Below are positions 39,539-52,753 of a stretch of 64,000 bases of DNA, one piece after another. The notes below the pieces were generated by a model. That model was not told the origin of the DNA. It made no database searches and saw only the letters and a program-made list of their open reading frames with translations. Source of the DNA: Euprymna scolopes. Lineage: Eukaryota. Location: NCBI GenBank assembly GCA_053919585.1, contig CM132790.1. One strand, given 5' to 3'. Within the stretch, counting starts at the first letter, position 1. Each line of letters starts with the position of its first letter. Position numbers and translations under genes: made by a program.

Positions 39539-39950
39539 TAAAGTGAAAAAGTATGTCGATCCGTCTGTCTGTCTGTGTACATTTCCCTACCAAATAACTC
39601 TGTTAATTTTCGGTGTACAGACTCGAGATTTGACGTAAGGGGTATTGAGATTTGGGAACATCGTTTTAATACGTTTTCGGCCAGAAATTTGGCTGACAAG
39701 AGGTCAAAGCTCGACGATTTAATCGTTAAAATCTCTACCAACCTCCTCCGTTTATTTTGGGTCTACACACATGAAATTCAAAATGTAGGTTACTTGGGCA
39801 TGGATCTTACTTTATAATTTTATTTGAGCCTCAAGAAATCAATGCAACGGCTTCAAAATTAGGGTCAAAGTTTAATGAAACGGACTTTAGCTAATTTGTG
39901 GCCTAAACATCTGAAATTTTGCATAAAAAGTATTCAGAAAAAGGGAAAGC
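39530..39950 (+). mobile_element. Helitron/Helentron-type (DINE-like) non-autonomous element, 5' part; a related fragment lies at about 40575-40850
   Basis: TATAGTAAAG head followed by GTCCGTCTGTCTGTCTG-type microsatellite. ACTCTGT.AATTTT...ACrGACTCGA is shared with about 40630-40660. Confidence 0.45.
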
Positions 39951-40575
39951 GTAATTAAGTTTAGAGTTTAGAGTAATAGTAAATAAGTAGAAAATAATTA
40001 ATATTAATAGTGAATTACAAGTAAATAAGTTTAGAATTAAGAAATAAAACTAAATTAAGAGCAAATAATGTTTGGTTTGAGATTAATTGGGAATTAATAG
40101 CAAACACATTATGGAGTTGAGAACAATAATAAATAAGTAGCAAATTACTGTGTGTTTGAGATTAATAGTGAGTTAATGGTTAATACGTTTTTAGTTGAGA
40201 GTAATAGTAATTTAATGGCAAATAATGGACTTGAAAACAATAATAAATTAACAGTAAATACTTTTCGGTTTTTAAGTAGTGAATTAATAGTAAAAAAATT
40301 GATTTAAGACTCATATTAAATTTGGATTTGAAATTAAAAGGGAATTAATATTTAATAAGTATGGAGTTGAGTAAATTAATATCAAATAATTTGGGGGTTG
40401 AGATTAATAGTGAATTATTAGTAAATAAGTTTGGAGTTGAGAGCAGTAGAAAATTAATAGCAAATAATTTAAGGTTGACATTATTAGTGAATAATTAGAA
40501 AATACGTTTGAATTTAAGAATAATAGTACATGAGGAGCAAATAATTTTAGGTGGTAGATTAAATGTGAATTAATC
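39950..40575 (+). repeat. Degenerate minisatellite of about 38 bp, roughly 15 copies
   Basis: Recurring AATTAATAGyAAATAAkTTTGGrGTTGAGATTAATAGTG. Confidence 0.75.
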
Positions 40576-40847
40576 TTTGTATTTATATATTAAAGTAATA
40601 TTGTGTGTGTGCATATTTTCCAAGCATACTACTCTGTCAATTTTTAGTCACGGACTCGAAATGTTACTAAATAGGTATTGGGATTTTGGAAACTCTTTTT
40701 AAACGGATTCTGGGCAGGAATTTTGTTGTTTAATTGTCATAGTTCAAAGATTTGAGCTTTGAAAACTTTACAAAACTACTCTGCTAATGTTTGGTCCGAA
40801 CACTACAAATTTAAAATATAGGTTTCCTGAACATGAGTAAAAATTTC

Positions 40848-40908
<61 letters not shown>

Positions 40909-40915
40909 CATAGGA

Positions 40916-43060
40916 ATCACCACTTATCAAGACCCAGAGACCACCCGAGGATAGGGGTTAAGAGTGTACAGTAGTCAATCGGGCAATATAGTAATCGTTA
41001 GTAATGGAAATTCGATAAATTTTAAACTTAAATGGAACGACTCATCAAGAACGCTTTTACTTTGGACTTGAATACAATGAGATTGTAGTCAGCCGGAAAG
41101 CAGGAAAACGGAAGACAATTCCACAGGCGTTCACTTCTAAGAAATAAACTTTGTTTATGGAATGCACGTTCAGTTTAAGGCACAGATAAAGAGTGAGGCG
41201 AATTATTCAGAGTGTTTTCAGCTAGGGAAGTGTTTATTGTGGAAGTTTGTACAATGGTGACCATTGATCGTTGCTCTGTCAAGCACTTGCCATGGAAATT
41301 ACGATAAAGCAGAGACAAACTCGCAACATCTCTTCTGTAATATAGAGGTTGCGGGGAAGAGTAAAGGACATCTCCTACGAGGCTACAAAGTCGATTTTGA
41401 ACTGTATCAAGTCAGGAAGAGTCCTTTCTAGCAGAGCCTGCTCAGCTGCGGCAAGAGCACCCTATCCTTGGGCAAACCTGACTCCCATATAGATAGAGAA
41501 TTTCATCAGCAGGAACATATCTACTGGATCGATAGAAGGATCCCACCATTTCCCCAGCAGCCTTAGCAACATATTTGATGTATGTGCTCCATTTCAGATC
41601 AGAAGTAAAAGTGAAGCCTAGAGGCTTGTCAAAACATGACGCATCCCCAAGAGGAGAGCCATTGATTTCAATTGATGTCAGATGGGGACATGACGTTGAT
41701 GATGTAAAGATAGATGCTTTGTTTTAAATGCATTAAAAGAAACCAGCCACTCCTTTCCCCATTGTACACGTACTCAAGATCAGAGGAGAGAGATTCGGAG
41801 GGAACTTGGTCATTTACAGTCTTAGATACGCTACCATAGATCATAGTGTCATCAGCAAAAATGTCTACGAATGATGTAAGGATGTTATTTGGAAGACCGT
41901 TAATGTAGATCAGGAAAAGAGCTGAGGGGCTCCAGCACTAATGTGAGCTTCTGCTTTTGCCTATAAACTACTACTATTATGGACCTGTCAGAGAGAAATG
42001 ATTTAATAATTGAGAAGACATTTCCAGCTTTACCATAACTGGAGATCTTGTAAAGTAACCCTTTATGTCATACTCTATCAAAGGCTTTTGATATGCCAAG
42101 AGCAATTGCCCTAGAAAACTAGCCTCCGTCGAGCTGTTCGCTAATCATATGAGATATAACTGTAAGCACACCTGCTGTAGATCTAACAGAACTGAAACCA
42201 CATTGCGTTTAAATAAGAAGGATAATTTTGCTGAGATGGTCGATTACTTCTCTATTTAACAACATATTCCAACAATATACTCATGACGCACAGAAAATTA
42301 TTGACCTGTACTGAGGGGGAGATGAGTGATCACCTGAAAAAACACTCCATATTGTGAACATTGAACTCTCCACAAACGTGAATGTCAGCTGATGGATATA
42401 AAGATAGGACGTGGTCAATTTTCTCAGATATGCTTTTAAAGATAGTAACTCCGCTGTTGGGGGATGATAGAGAGTAAATATAAAATCAGTAGTATGAGCA
42501 AGTTCAACCCGGATGCTCATATAAGGTATGTTATGATCTTCTCTGGAGATGTCCTTACCACATGGAAATCCATCTTTAATATAGGCACATATTCCATGCC
42601 CATGGCGATCTTGCGGGTCAGGGTTGGAAGTAAAGTTAGAGTATCCTTTACTTACGAACTCCTCCAGGGAAATCGTCTGTCCAATGCCAGTTTCACTTAG
42701 AAATAATATGTCTGGTTTAGTCTCCTGTAATTTGGTTTAAACCTCTTGAAGGTTTGAACGTAGACCCCTGGTGTTGGAGAAGGAGGCATGGTAGTAGTGG
42801 TCTACGTTGGAATTTTGAGATCCGGGTTTAATCGTGTTTTTTTCTTGGAGACTTGTCATGATAGCGTTTTGGAATTTGTGAACTAGGTCGTCAGACTTGC
42901 TTAAGGCAAGACAGAGAGGGAAACTAAGAGAGAGAAAGAAACGAAGAATTTTTTTTTTGTAGCACAGTATAAGGTAAACCCGTAACAATTACCAACTAAT
43001 ATGGCATCGGGAGGAGGCCAAGGCCCGAGTAAAATCGGACTGAAATATCCACTTCAACCA
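40916..43060 (-). mobile_element. CR1/Jockey-type LINE with APE start, RT and 3' end, carrying a large internal deletion
   Basis: Minus: SFSNTRGLRSNLQEV..KPDILFLSETG; DIHVCGEFNVHN; RAIALGISKAFDRV*HKGLLYKISSYG; LFLIYINGLPNNIL..VDIFADDT. Confidence 0.9.
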
Positions 43061-43199
43061 ACAGAGACAATTAGCATTAACTTATGCTTTCATTGATTCA
43101 TTTCCCGTCGTGGAATGTTATAAGAAATTATTAATTCAGCACAAATTTTTACATACACTATATTAAACTTTTTACTTTACGATGAAGTGTAATTCACTA

Positions 43200-44260
43200 T
43201 TCCAAAAACTTATTTCTTTGTGTCACGGAGGATGCATTGCTTGAAGAGGGATCATTCGGCCCACCAGCAATCCTTTTCAATCATTTGACAACATTATACA
43301 GGGGAGGGAGCAGTATCACCGACCAAGGAGTTAATCGAAAAGGTAGAAGCAATCATTGATGAAACTCCCCAACGAACTATTGGGAAAATTCAATGAGTTT
43401 AATGCACTTTACACAACTGTTAATGCATGTCTGAACATTGACTTGAAGAGTATACCTTATCAGTGCCAGACAAGCCAGAACTAGTCTGGGAAGACAAACA
43501 ACCTCAGGCTAATCAAGTTCGTAAGGTTGTTCAACAAACTGAAGCATCTCCAGACGCATAACATACATTTTTTCTTTTAGACAAAACAAATCTTCTTCCA
43601 AGATCAAGTTCACAACAGCCAGATCTATCATTACATTGCCATTAATCACAGGGACTGGTTAATGGTATTGAATATAGTTTCATGCCACGGTTATAGTTTT
43701 TGGTTGGTTTCAAGTAAGGGCCACACCATGTCACATCACATCTTCGAAGTCGGTTCGAAAGTAAGTACAAATGTGTAACCGCATGTGCTGAAGAGTGTGG
43801 GGATATCCTGGTGCAATCACATTGCCGCTGAATGATCCTGGGTGTGGCAGTAGGACTCGGTGACGCTCCACGTTCAAAGAGACCTACGCTTGGCTTCAAA
43901 AGCAGTTCTACGACTTTGTGCATGCCCATCACTGACCCCTCCTTCCTCCACCATAACCCACTGGACTGCTTATTTTAGCTAATCATTGAGAAGGTCACCA
44001 AGATGATATTCCACAATATCCAAAGTAGTCTGGCCGCCTTCATCGGCCAGTATTCTACGAGCTCCTGTCGACGCTTGTCTAAAAAGCATGCTTCAAGTTC
44101 CCGACCTGTATCGAGGTGGGGACTGATACTGAACGCAATAAATGTCATCTCTACTATATTATCAAGCAACACTGATTTGTTTCTCCAATAAAAGTTTTTA
44201 GATAAAACTTGAAGTGGTGTTTTCTTTAATGTAACACAATGATCAATTCAATCCGTATTA
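43200..44260 (+). mobile_element. Tc1/mariner superfamily (maT/DD37D-like) transposase relic
   Basis: KVEAIIDETPQRTIG; VLKSVGISWCNHIAAE*SWVWQ*DS; PPSSTITHWT overlapping an NPLD frame; KACFKFPTCIE. Confidence 0.75.
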
Positions 44261-45939
44261 ATATTGTTGTAAGTTAATCCGTTGTTATATTTTGTTTGTG
44301 TTTAGATTTTTTTGTTTTATTAATCGTAGCAATTAAAATACAAATAATAAAAATACGTCTACATTACCATATAATTCTCCACCACCACTAAGGAAGACTA
44401 ATGATATGCTATCATGAAAGCTGGTTCTTTCAATTTCACGGCTTAACAAACATAGTGAACTGGAATTGGATTAAATAAAGTCAAGCACTTGCCAGACTTG
44501 CATCAAATAAGGTGAGCAGTCTTAGAAAATTCTTTCTATCTGAGTGTATCCTGCATCTCGCAAACCATGCATCTGTAGTATAGTGGGCTTCCATATTAAA
44601 TAGATATGACGGGGGTTTCATATTGAGACAATACATATATAACGGATATAACGATAGTGATGAGAAGTTTTTATATTTCTTGGGGCTTCACACAAATATT
44701 GAATGTAGATGTATACGAGTTCTTAACACAGACGAGGGGAGATGCAAATTCTTGTAAGAGTTACACAATGTTCATTACAAGATGATTAATACATTACTTT
44801 TTGAGTGTTGAAAACGAACATATGACAAAACATACAAAACACAATAATGATTCTTTATTCATTGGATCGGTCGAATGCTGATGACGTCAGAAATTCAAAT
44901 TTGGGATCTTCAAGGTTTAATGTTCTTCCTTTCGCTTCCAAAGGAATGATTCCAACTCAACCCAACTCTGCTCTCGACTCTACTCTTCTGCTGATTCACA
45001 GACTCTCTTACTAATTCCGGCTCATATATTGAGAATCCCCCTTCGTCCTTGACGTCAGAAGTGGTTTTAAACGTTACCAATTTACGTGGTTATGCATGTT
45101 TTCCAAACACAGTTTTAACAAAAAAAGAATTCTCAACATAATACTAACCTATTTTTAACAATATATTTTTAATTTGTATTGTTCATTCTTTAGCTGACAT
45201 TTTTAATATTCAGTGTTCTAAAAGAAAGAACAATCAATTATTTTTACGATATATACAATATCTTACTCTTACAAAAGAATTTAACAATATACTAAATTTT
45301 AACATTCCAATCCTTAACCTTGCTTATCCTAATCATTATAATAATATACCTATCTAATACTTCTCTTATTTACATGGAAACGGGGCAGCATTTCCTTGTA
45401 ACACATCTACGAAGTATTTTTGTCAGATTTTGGCTTGTGTATCTAGCACTTAACTGCAACTCTTAGACAATTTTCTTGTTTTGGCTTCAAACGTATATAA
45501 TACGTATTTAATTTATTCAAACTCAACGAGCGCTTCTAAGGAACAAACATCTTAACGTGAATTCCCCGCGACCATACGCACCGTTCCGAGAGTTAAAAAC
45601 CTACCGTAAAAATACAACAAACTGACTTCTATTTGATTATGCTCTACTACAACGACAACATGGATAAAAAAGAAGGAAAGATATACTTAGGATCAAGGTT
45701 TCCTTCGAAATATATTTATGAATTTCAAAATAAATTTCCAACAAAATAAATGTCTGTTCATTTATTTATAATGCGTTGTTTTTGCTTCAAACCTATATAA
45801 TACGTATTTTATTTTATACAGGTTTTGTGTCTGTTTTAAACAGATTTTATAGCATTGTATCACTTTGTTAAAATATATTCCCTCTTCCTGCTGAATAGTG
45901 TATCAATGATACAAGTGAATTGTTCAAAGCGGGTATTGA

Positions 45940-47890
45940 AGTACATATTCCCACACGAAACTTTTATAGCAATCCCCACACTTCTCATAAATTACTACAA
46001 GTTGTGCAGCTGCCATTGCACGAAGACAGCATGTGTTCCGCCGGTTCGTACGTAATAAGTCATATACAAAGCAAACTTTGCTAGATGCAAGAAATACTTT
46101 TAAGAGAGAAATAGCGACAGCAAGAAGAAAGCATGCTTAACTAATCAAGGAACGCATGAAATCGCAAAACATATGAACTAGTTATTCCTGGAAAATATAT
46201 AATAATAAAATCCGTAATTCCTCCGCTATTCAATAAGCAGAAGGCCCCATTAACGGCAATCGAGAAGGCGAAACTGATTGGCCGGGGATTCGCATCCAAC
46301 TCAAAATTAGAGCCAACAAACAACGCATTCCCACGGTTTCTATTCATAAAAAAACACATGAGGTAATGCAAAAACTCACCACTTATGTTCGCGATATCAG
46401 GAAAAAAAAAACGTATATACTTGCAAGGCGTGTGATCTCCTCTCGGCTACACTAATTAAGAAATACACAGCTGGGCAACTCCCCGTACTCTCCAACTCTA
46501 CAATAAAAGCCTTGCTTAATAATCCTTCTTTCATAGCTGGAAGATAGCCACTGTGGTACACGTGTACCAAAATACTAGTGAAAAAGCTGACCCTCTCAAT
46601 TATCGCCCTATTAGTCTCCTGCTTCTATTAACTAAAATATTTTAGACCTTAATCAACCAAGTATTAGTCTATCACCTCGCAAAGGAAATCTCTCTGACAA
46701 AAAGTAAATATTAAGGCAATGCCGCTCTACTGCAGATGTTTTGCAGTCATCTCTAAATGCATATACTATGTAGTATGAGCTAAAGCCTTGATATATCTAA
46801 GACATTTGACAAAGTTTGCCATGATGGCTGCTAATGAAAATTAAATCATACAGAATAACTTGCCATATACTATAATATATTGATCATTCTTAGACAGTAG
46901 GACAATTTATGTTGTCATTGATGCACGTACATCCACTCAACATAAAATTAATTGTTTAGTGTGTCAGGGGGCTCTCCTTGGGCGACACTTATTCCTGATA
47001 TTTATAAATGACATAGCCTGATAATATTTTGTCAAAATGCATATATTAGCTGATGACACAGCGCCCGATAACATGAAAAACGGAAGGGCAGATGCACACA
47101 AATCTCAGGCAATTGCGGTAAACTTAGAAAATGGCCTCTAGACCGTAGTTGTATGAGGCCGCAAATGAATGGTAACTTTTAATGATAGTAGGATCATTTT
47201 AATAAGTACAAGGCAACTCTTCAACCGCCTATATCCATGACAAATAACACTGATGCTTTAGTATTCTTACTTCAAAGCCATCGACCTAACATTTACAGAA
47301 AATATAAATAGAACAACTACATTGAGGGCATTGCGAAAGGTCCTACAAAGAAGAAGCGTTCCTTCTATCGGGCTAGACTACTAATCACACCTGGGAGTAT
47401 CCTGTATCGCTGCAAGGCAACAATTAGCACAGGTATGGAGTATTCTTTCCAAATTTGGACTGGTGCATCTTTCCTCCTTGATGGAGTCAAACAAGGTTTT
47501 GAATCTAAAAGATCCAACCTTGTCAACTAAACTTCAACCACTGTCTCCTCACCACGTTATTGTCTCTCAGTGCCTTTTCATAAAAAATATATTTTAATGG
47601 AATATGATCTGATGAACTTGTTGTCCGTGTGTCTCCTCTATATATGTATCCCCAACAAACCCGCCCAGCAACACAATCTCTTCCCTACACTGTTGATGTC
47701 CCTCTGACCTGAAAGGGTTCTATTCTAATAGTTACTTCTCTCTGCAACAAAACTTCGGAATTCCATTCCTGTTACTTATTAGTTTGTCTGTACTGATACG
47801 CACAAGTTTTATGTAACATAAATTAACATCTTGTTAATGTTTCCGTAGCCTCTTACGTCCAAATTGAAATATGCCTTGTTAGAGGTAAAT
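45940..47890 (+). mobile_element. Decayed CR1/Jockey-type LINE (linker, RT, 3' end)
   Basis: EKAKLIGRGFASNS; ADPLNYRPISLL; ALDISKTFDKVCHDG; VCQGALLG; LFLIFINDI; HILADDT; MEYSFQIWTGAS. Confidence 0.88.
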
Positions 47891-48575
47891 GTGAGAAAGA
47901 AAAACCTCATATAATTGTAAATAAATTTTAAATTAATAATAAAATTGTTTATGCAGTTTACGTTCTGCAAACACGTTTATTCGATTATACATTAAAATCT
48001 AATACGGAAAAAGTTGACACACATATGATGTTATTAATATGTATTCCTTTCAGACGTTTATTATATTATTCTTCCGCTAATACCATGTCATTTTAAGCCT
48101 CATATTTAATTTTCGTTGTTGTATTTTATGAAAAAGCATCCGCCCGCTTACGATGGAGCTTCTTGTATAATTTCGTTTTTTTTATATCTAATGAATATTA
48201 AATTATATATATATATATATTTTTATTCTTATGTTTTTGCATTCGATTCACAATTTCTAAAACAAATTGTAAAGAGAAAGATGCATTACATTTCGTCATT
48301 TATGACAAATTTGAATCAGATAATCGAATATGATAAATCTTTTTGAAAATGTAAAATAAACGGACATTTCTTACCAAAGAACGCGGACTGATTAAACAGT
48401 CATGTGCTGCTGATTGCAGTGCATTAAATTTTATGCAATAAAATTTGTCTAAAATATTCAATGCAGAAATTCATAGCATGTAATTATTAAGGCTAGAATA
48501 TTGAATGCTTTTACACCTGAAAACATATCGGAAGTTTCATTGTGTTTTCCGTACGACTATACACTATATATTAGA

Positions 48576-49500
48576 CTAGCAGGGGGTTCCTCGCTTTGCC
48601 CGATGGTAAATTAATCTCAAAAAATGATATTTTTATTTATCTCCAGATTTTGTATATTCTATCATACAGTCGTGATTCCAAAATGAAAAAGAAAACGAAT
48701 TTGGATGTTACCAACTAGAATTGAAACCGCAAACAAAAATATAGCTTTGGAAGCACGTGACGTTACCCTTGCAGAAACGTGGAACGCATAAGATCTGATG
48801 AAAAATTATAAATTGAAAATAAACTTAGATAAGCATACACAATCTATTACGAGTTTTTTTATTTGGACTCTTTTGGGACCTCTTTAAACTATTTAAACTA
48901 GCAAAACGTCCATAAAAGAACTGCCCATTAAATAAATCTAATAATTTGAGTCCCCTAACGTCGCTCTGCGACTTTTAATTTCGGAGAAATAGAGTGTGAA
49001 AATATTGAGACAGACAGACGGGCAGACAGAGATATGGTGACTTTGATATATTGGACTAGCGGTTGGGGCCCCCGTTTTGCTCGGTGGTCAAATATGATTA
49101 AGTATGATAATTTGTCCAGATTTTGTATACATTATTATTATAGAATGGTGATTTCAAAAGTAAACAGAAAGTATTTGGGTGCCATCAGTTGGACTTCAAA
49201 CAATAAGCACTGCAGTAGCATTGAGAGCTGGTACCGTTACCACTTTACCAACGCGACCCGCATCTTAGCTGAGTAAATATTTTTAAAACAAATAAAGATG
49301 CATATCCAAAATGTATAAGGATTTTTGCAATATTAACCCTTTCCTCCCCTTTAAATGTTATTTTTCCTGTGAAGATCCATAAAAGTATGGTCCATGAAAA
49401 ACATTATTGGTTTGATTCCCGTAGCGCCACGGTGCGACTTTTAGCTTCGGAAAAGATAGTTTGAGGATATGGTAACAGACGGACAGAAATACATAACACA
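48576..49500 (-). mobile_element. Two related non-autonomous Helitron-like elements head-to-tail (48576-49055 and 49056 to the gap)
   Basis: Each has CTAG plus a GC-rich subterminal segment at the low-coordinate end (CTAGCAGGGGGTTCCTCGCTTTGCCCG; CTAGCGGTTGGGGCCCCCGTTTTGCTCG), a shared TCCAGATTTTGTATA and GACA repeats at the other end. The junction is GA|CTAG. Confidence 0.7.
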
Positions 49501-49849
49501 NNNNNNNNNNNNNNNNNNNNNNNNNNNNNNNNNNNNNNNNNNNNNNNNNNNNNNNNNNNNNNNNNNNNNNNNNNNNNNNNNNNNNNNNNNNNNNNNNNNN
49601 NNNNNNNNNNNNNNNNNNNNNNNNNNNNNNNNNNNNNTTTCTAAAGTTGGCTCGAAAATATATATTATCAAAATTGATTAGTTTTCGGGTCCCTGCAATA
49701 TGGCACCGTGGGCCATATATGCACAACTATGCACATCTAAATACAACATATTTATGTTAGACGAAAAAACAAATTAATATGAAGTACAATTTTACATTCA
49801 TGCATACACAATTTTTATTTCCACTTTTAGGTTAGTGTACACCAAACAT

Positions 49850-50480
49850 TACGCTTCTTGCGTAGGGTGGAACGATAAAACTGTCTCCCCAAAGAAAACA
49901 ACTCTACAGCTTTATTTGAAAACTTTTATCGAAAAATCAATTAAAACTAGGAGTGTGTAGTAGAGCACACATCTATTCAATGTAGTCACCTTCAGCCTCA
50001 ATCACCGCTTCTAAATGAGTCCAGAACTGGGAGTATGCCATTTCCACAAGCCCCGGCGTGGGCTTGGCGAATACTAAGTAGATGGCGGCGATTAGGATTG
50101 TTTCGACGTTTTAAGGTCCAATCGGTGATTTTACCGACGTATAGCGAAACAAAGTAGTCCAGTGGGTTCAGCTAAGGGGAAAGTGTACAAGTAAGAAAAA
50201 GGTACAAAGTCGAAGCATTCATTCTGTTTTCATTTTTATTTGTGGGCCAGCGCTGAGTCCTGCTGCCAAACACAGGGCTTGCAAACAGTGCCAGTTCCCC
50301 TGGTCGTAGGACACCAAATGTGATAGGCTCCCTTGTCAAGGAATTCGTGATCACGTATGAGTTGTTTTCCTGGTTGTCAGCAACTAAATGTAACTCGTGG
50401 CAAGACCCTGTTGATCGATGTGTTTGATATGCCGCCTCAGCGTTCTGTCGCGCTAGAAAAGCAATTTCATGCACACAAAA
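49850..50480 (-). mobile_element. maT/DD37D-like transposase relic, C-terminal part
   Basis: Minus KPCVWQQDSALAHK; LNPLDYFV; FWTHLEAVIEAEGDYIE*. Confidence 0.8.
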
Positions 50481-50999
50481 GAAAACAAATCAGTACTCTA
50501 TTCTACTGATTAAATTTTAGTATACATATATATATATATACATATATATACATATATACATAATTATATACAATTGTCTACAGGTCTATGTTGATTGGCG
50601 GACTTCGCTGAGTCGATAAGTAAATTTATCTCCCTTCTTCGGTTGATGCGGGAAGATAGGGGGAAGAGGGGGGAGCGTGTGGCGATTCTCGACAAGTTGT
50701 TCTGTCTCAACTCTCAACAACTCTGACTCCAACTCCAGCTTCAACTTACGGGTTCGACTCTGCGCCTCGTTCATATACTCAGGGGAGGGCTGAACCCTGG
50801 ACGAATCAAATTAAGTCACACCAGGGGTGGTTCTCCCTCCCGCGAGTTCACCTGTGAATCGGCAAACGTTCTTATGCCTCGGGAGGTCATCTGCATGACC
50901 CTTGGGATCGCACCGTACTGCACTTAAATTGCTAACATCCTAAGTATTGAATGCTGAGTCCTTCCAGTTTCGGAGTTCAATTTACAAAAAAATGACACT

Positions 51000-51720
51000 G
51001 CTGTTGATTTTCATAACAAGGAATATCAAAGCTCAATATTTTCTCTCGGCAGATTTTTCTTTTTTTACTGTCGCCCGGTCACACCGCTGATAATTAAAGA
51101 ATAAATCAATCATATATGCCCGGCTTTCTCCAACATTTCGTGAGTGTTGACCTCCCCCCAGCGAGGAGCGTAATTCTTCCCTGGGACGGTCACGTCGTAC
51201 AAGTTCCATCTGAGTGCACAAGAGAATTACCACATTTTTCAGTATATCCAGGTACACTTTGGTCTTGTTTTTCAAGCCGACTGCAGATATGTAAGGTTGA
51301 ATTATGTGATCCTTATAGGAAATCTCCCAAAAGACAATTATTATGACAGAAAACTCGGTTTATTTGGCCCCTTAAGCGTTAAGCAAGCAGAATTTCATTT
51401 TGAAGGTGCTGGCAATGGTCTTATTGCCATAATTTGGATTTCGCTCGTTGGGCATTGTGCCGCTTTCAAACGTGACTGTTGTTCTTCGGGTTTGTACACA
51501 ACTGGCCAATTAGTAGGCGATCTGCAACAAGAAAGCCGGTTTTCATCAAACGTCAATAGAATCGTGTCGTCTTTTCTAGGAAGACAATTTTATCGCTTAA
51601 TACTTACATATTATTTTGATGTTTTATACAAAAGTTTACTAATGCTCAAATACGACACAACTAGAACAAAATGTAAAACAGAGGGAGTTACAAGATTTTG
51701 TTATCAAATTTCATTATAAA
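51000..51720 (-). mobile_element. maT/DD37D-like transposase relic, N-terminal and middle part
   Basis: Minus LKNKTKVYLDILKNVV resembles the maT L.VN...Y.EVL..VVKPW motif and parallels the 43.2-44.3 kb copy. Confidence 0.5.
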
Positions 51721-51799
51721 CGAAAACTTATTCTCTCAAATTCGTACTAATATTCATAACGTAAGAAAGACAAGAATAGGTAAGAATCTAGAAGCCTAG

Positions 51800-52560
51800 A
51801 AAACATCCCAATTTAGTGTGAAATGAAAGATTGCATGGCAAGTAGAGATTCACATCATGTTTTCTACACTGGCTGAATGTTCTCTTCTAACATTGTTCCC
51901 CAGCACATTTTTTTTGTTTTCTTAAGTTTAAACAAGGCAATATTGTATTCCATCCACACGAATATCATCTAACATTCGTTTCGCACCTTTTTTGTGTGTT
52001 ATGGTATTGTGCTTAAACTAGGCAGATATATCTGAGAAAGTTGCTTCTTTGAATTCAAACTGTGTCAATTCCCCACAACACTTTTTTTGCAACAACCAAG
52101 CATGTTGCTCTGAGACGTCAATCATTCATATAAATATACAGTAATACCATGTTTTCCTCGAAATGCAATACGGTATATGTTTATATTTTGGTCATGTCGA
52201 AAAGTTGCTCCCATATCTTTATTATATTCTTTAATCATCTTCGGGTGGTCAACTTCTACACTCTTTGTCTCACCCTGTTAGTACCAACTAACTTTGCATG
52301 AAGAATCGTTTGTATGGTTTGTTGATGCTATTGACACGGCTGATTGATCCATCCGTTTTCATAAAACGATGTTTAACTTTCGACTGTATCAATCCACGCC
52401 GTTTCCTTCTTATATTTCGTAAATACGATAACTGATTTAACTGATTTAATCGAACAAGTTTTACACCTATTTGCACTTATTGTCATTTCAATGTAATTTC
52501 TATCTTTTCACTTCTTGAAGTAGTTAAAACGAAATAAAGAGATTCTCAAAATATATATTA
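51800..52560 (-). mobile_element. Possible Tc1/Tc3-type transposase relic
   Basis: Minus KHNTITHKKGAKRML resembles QHDNAP.H....K.WL, and SYLRNIRRKRRG resembles the Tc3 N-terminus; very decayed. Confidence 0.35.
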
Positions 52561-52753
52561 TATGAAAGTGCTCTTTTTTCTTTGACAATAAATCAATATT
52601 TTTTAAGACTGTTGCAGCACACTTTCGAAATACTTCTTCGTTCAGAGTATTACCTTCACAGACCCGTGTTTGATAAAGATCAAATATCATCAAATAGTAT
52701 GCGTTTGGACACAAAACTGTATACAAATTTTAATTTGGGTTATTCTGATGCAC

